A stretch of DNA of 50,134 bases from Octopus bimaculoides (Eukaryota), in contig NC_068984.1 of the NCBI RefSeq assembly GCF_001194135.2, positions 144,233,669 through 144,283,802 on the forward strand, in the 5' to 3' direction. A program made the position numbers and the translations under genes. This document shows, in pieces, positions 46,175 to 50,134 of the stretch. The notes beneath the pieces are model-generated. The model was not told where the DNA came from. It was given only the letters and a program-made list of their open reading frames with translations, and did not search any database. The number at the start of each line of letters is the position of its first letter. Positions within the stretch are counted from its first letter, which is position 1.

Positions 46175-46429
46175 ACAATTGCAGTGTGGAAGGTGTTTAT
46201 AAGCCATTTAAAAAAACACACAAAAAACGTTAGATTCACTTTGACATTTAAATTTAATTTGTGAAAATATTTTCTTCGCTTTGAAACTACAACCTGTTCG
46301 TTGACAAAATTCCATGAGTGAACAGGACAAAAATATTTTCACAAATTAAATTTAAATGTTGAAGTGAATCTAGCAGTTTTTGTGTGTGTGTTTTAAATGG
46401 CTTATAAACACCTTCCACACTGCAATTGT
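46175..46429. mobile_element. Foldback/MITE-like element with ~100-bp inverted arms
   Basis: acaattgcagtgtggaaggtgtttataagccatttaaaa...gtgaaaatattt is mirrored by aaatattttcac...ttttaaatggcttataaacaccttccacactgcaattgt. Confidence 0.88.
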
Positions 46430-47639
46430 CATATATTCTTTATTTCAATTAAATATGGAAGTAAGGTAAAACTTAATAAGACATCTTTGTCGTTATTCAG
46501 TGGTTGGAACATGAATTGACATGAAATGTTGATAAGAGGATCTTAAATGGGTCACTTTAAAACAGGAAGTCTGGATGATAGAGTCATGGGTGGTTCCAGG
46601 TGGGGGTGGTATCAAAAGGGTGCTGACCCCTGATACAGGCCAAATCCCTTGTTGGCTCAAAGGGCAACAGTGATGGTAACTGTTATAACACTGGAAGTAG
46701 TAAAACCAAATACATAAGAAAAAAAAGAAACAAAATTGATGATGATGATAGTGGTGAGATTATGGCCACAGACTACACTAATCAGCAGCAACAGTTGTGC
46801 TGTTTTACTGCTGGTTTTATTTTTGTTTGTTCCCCCCCCCCACCACCTCTTCCTCATTTTCCTTTTTCTTTTTTTTTTTCCTTACTACCACTGCTCTTCA
46901 TAAATATGTTTGATCCAATCAGCAGCTAAGTCAGTGAACCATTTCTGTCAGTGGAAATTCCAATGAGCTTAGATTTAAATTAGATTTAAAACATTGATCT
47001 TTCACATAGATTACGGTGATGGTGGTGGTGGTGAGAGGAGGAGGTGGGGGAGCAAATTTGTACATAAATAGTTCCCCCCCCCCCACCTCATCAAAATTAC
47101 CACTTACAGAAAAATACTGCTGCTGCTGCTATTACTACTAATACAACTAGTAGTAGTAGTAGTAGTAGCAACAACAAAGCTTATTTAATAGTAAGTTTTG
47201 AAATTAAATTTTTAAAAAAATATTTCCTAACTTTGAAACTTTGTCAACCCTCCAAAAAGTGAAAAGTTTTCCACATAAGAAAACCGAATGATATTTGCAA
47301 CATAGCCTCGAGTCGTGAATCTTGCCTAAAATACAAGACCTCTCCTTTTTCTCATCACAGTAAACTCCTAACCCATGTTGCAATCTGTGTTTCTTACCAA
47401 AACAGACCACCACTACTTGCCTCAGGTTTAACTGTTTCACGTGGAGGCTTGAAACAGCAACCAAATCTCCCTCATATCACATCAAGCTATCTTATTTAAT
47501 TTAAAAAAAAACAATGATGGATGCATTGGACTAATGTAGCCCTAGATACAGTATTCCCGAGACAAAAGACAAGATGGCCATGGTTGGGATACTTTTGATC
47601 ATCTGCTCTATTTGGGTTGACTTAGCATTAGATTACCAA

Positions 47640-47927
47640 TGTGGTTGATGCCAGTGCCACCTGACTGGCTCCCATGCCAGTGGCACACAAAAAGCACCAT
47701 TCAAGCATGGTCATAGCCAGTGCTGTCTCCTGACTGGCCCTCGTGCCGGCAGCACGTAAAAAGTATCCACTACTCTCAGAATGGTTGGCATTAGAAAGGG
47801 CATCCAACTGTAGAAACTTTGCCAGATCAGATTGGAGCCTGGTGCAGCCTTCTGGCTTGCCAGTCCTCAGTTAAACCATCCAACCCATGCCAGCATGGAA
47901 AGCGGGTGTTAAACGATGATGATGATA
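47640..47927 (+). mobile_element. Retroposon family A copy
   Basis: Tandem units, 3' end and (GAT)n tail. Confidence 0.85.
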
Positions 47928-49159
47928 AGATATTGGGTTTATTACTTTCAGCAACCAAAAAGAAAATACCTCAAAGAACAATAAAAAAAATAATTCAACC
48001 CTCAGATAGCAATACACTTGAGACTGCCCTAGTTTTAAACCTCTCGTTTAATAGCATGCAATTTTAAATTAAAACCATCCAAGTGTCATTTCATGAAAAA
48101 AAAAAAACATCTTAAATATTATTTCAAACCAGCTTAAATAATGGCGGGAAAAATAGCAATTTAACTAAATCCAACAAAGATCTTGATTATTTACAAAATT
48201 AATTAAAATATGTAGATTGTGTATTTCATTAGGGAAATGGTTACAATTAGGTTAAACTATACACACACAACCATCTGCTTCACAGACTGGCATAGTGAGA
48301 GAGAGGGAACATGTCTCTCTCTTATCCTTGTGCCTGGCAAATACTGATAAAAATGATGCTTTGTAGAGACAGGAGGTCTGATAAGACCAGACTAAGTCTT
48401 AGTTTCTCACTCTACTTGTCAAACATCATATTTACTTCCACACAGCATAATCCCATTCAAATTTTTATGAATTTAAATTTCATATTTATCTCCCTTAGTT
48501 TCTGAACAAGAATGATTAGCAATCAAATCATTCCGTTTTTAATTAAATCCCAACAAAATTGAAGGAGGAAGATAAAGTGGGGAGTTTACTGGAGAAAGGT
48601 GATCAATAGTTTGGTCCAGGCATTACTGCAAACTCCGTCTTACAGTGTTTGATTGAGAGAAACACAGTGAGGCAGTGACTGGGGCAACGAGCAACAGCGT
48701 GTGCGTGCAGGTAGGTGTGTGTGTGTGTGAATCTTCTATAAACAGAGTATCTAAGACAACCCCCCCCCCACCTCTCAAACCATTAACAAATATACAAGTT
48801 GTCACTGATAAGACCTTTCACTAAAACATCAACAGGAATTTTATCTGTAAAACACATTTGGCTTATTCGAAATGCTTCAAAGGCCCAGAAAAGGTTTTAA
48901 GGGTTGGTTGAGAGCAAATTTTAATTGAGGAAGATTTTAAGAACAAGTTTGAAACGCACAAAAAAAAAAAAAAAAGAAAATACAATAAATAATTTGAAAT
49001 GCTATGAACAGAAAAAAAAAGATGAAAGATAACCTATTGAATAACATGGACAAGAGAATGAAATTGCCAAATCAGCTGATATACACACATCTATCAGCTG
49101 TAAACCGAAAGGTCAGTGGTTCATGCCCACCCAGGGGTGATTTACTTTATAGATGCAGG

Positions 49160-49560
49160 TATGGATGTGTGGTTAAGAGACTTGTTTGGCAACCATATGG
49201 TTTCATGTTCAGTCCCACTGCACAGTACCCTGGGCAAATGCCTTCTATTATAGACCCTGGGTCAACCAATGCCTTGTAAGTGAATTTGGTAAATGGAAAT
49301 TGTGTGGAAGCCTGTCATGTGTGTATATATGGGTGTGTTTGTGTTTTTCCTACCACAACTGCTTCGCATCCAGTGTTGGTTTGTTTACATCCTAACATAG
49401 CAGTTTGGTGAAAGAGACTAATAAGTACCAAACTTTAAAAAAGAAAAAAAAAAGCATAAGTACAGGGGGGAGGGGGCGAGGTCAGTTTGTTTGACTAAAA
49501 CCTTCAAGGCAGTGCCCCAGCATGACTGCTGTCCAATGACTGAAATAAGTAAAGAAGAAA
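49160..49560 (+). mobile_element. SINE family B copy (degenerate)
   Basis: gtgtggttaagagacttg...agtcccactgcacagtaccctgggc...aatgactgaaataagtaaag. Confidence 0.78.
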
Positions 49561-50134
49561 TCACAAAAATGTGGGTTTGATTATTTCCGTCCAGTGTTTC
49601 CACCGTCCTAACTAGAAATGGGGTTTGAATGCGGTGGTGGTCAGTTAAAATATCAGAGGTCAGCTAACAGTGTAGTCAGGTCAAGCAAGAAAGACAACTC
49701 TGGATAATAATAATAATAATATTCAAAAATTATTCAGCTTTATTAGCGGAAGTATAGCGTTCACCATTGCTCCCTGGCACGGTTACAACTAGCTTACTAT
49801 GGAAAGAGACATTCGTAAAACATACATATTGTGTGTGTGCGTGTGTGTGTGTGTGTGTGAATCAAGAGGTATTGGGATGTGAGATTAATTGATAATTTAA
49901 TCATGAATGACCTCCTTGCTTATGTGTCTGATGTCAAGTGAATAATTCAATGACACATCAATGACCTATGGTAGACAATACAGACACACACTAAAATATA
50001 TACATGCACACACACACACACACACAGAGGAGGGGGGTAGATAATGTAATATGTATATTTGTAAAAGGAAATACAATAAAGTATCCACTAACGTGTAATT
50101 AGTACAACAACAAAGCAAATGAAAAAAAAAAAAT

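Overview
AT-rich, repeat-dense eukaryotic DNA, almost certainly from an octopus. The genus call comes from recalled similarity of the SINE/MITE content to Octopus repeats, not from a database search. There are two assembly gaps inside microsatellites. The only host gene I can support is a CAMSAP/Patronin-family microtubule minus-end regulator on the minus strand. I reconstructed ten coding exons (20424-20329, 17816-17711, 9321-9212, 6710-6625, 6388-6238, 4970-4865, 4194-3958, 3171-3045, 2040-1985, 480-<1). They have canonical AG/GTAAG splice sites and consistent phases, and give one open frame covering the N-terminal region, the CAMSAP CH domain and the start of the long disordered middle. The start-codon exon was not identified and the 3' half lies left of the window. 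The rest is intronic or upstream sequence with at least four SINE/retroposon families, RTE, CR1/L2 and Tx1/L1 fragments, and piggyBac-, Tigger- and hAT-like MITEs, several nested. Almost all ORFs in the supplied track are microsatellite or repeat artefacts. I found no convincing novel multi-gene system. The best leads are RNA-level: a possible alternative first exon before the CH domain, inverted retroposon pairs that could drive back-splicing or ADAR editing, a locally duplicated Penelope-like hairpin, and a Tx1-like insertion in a (TTA)n tract.
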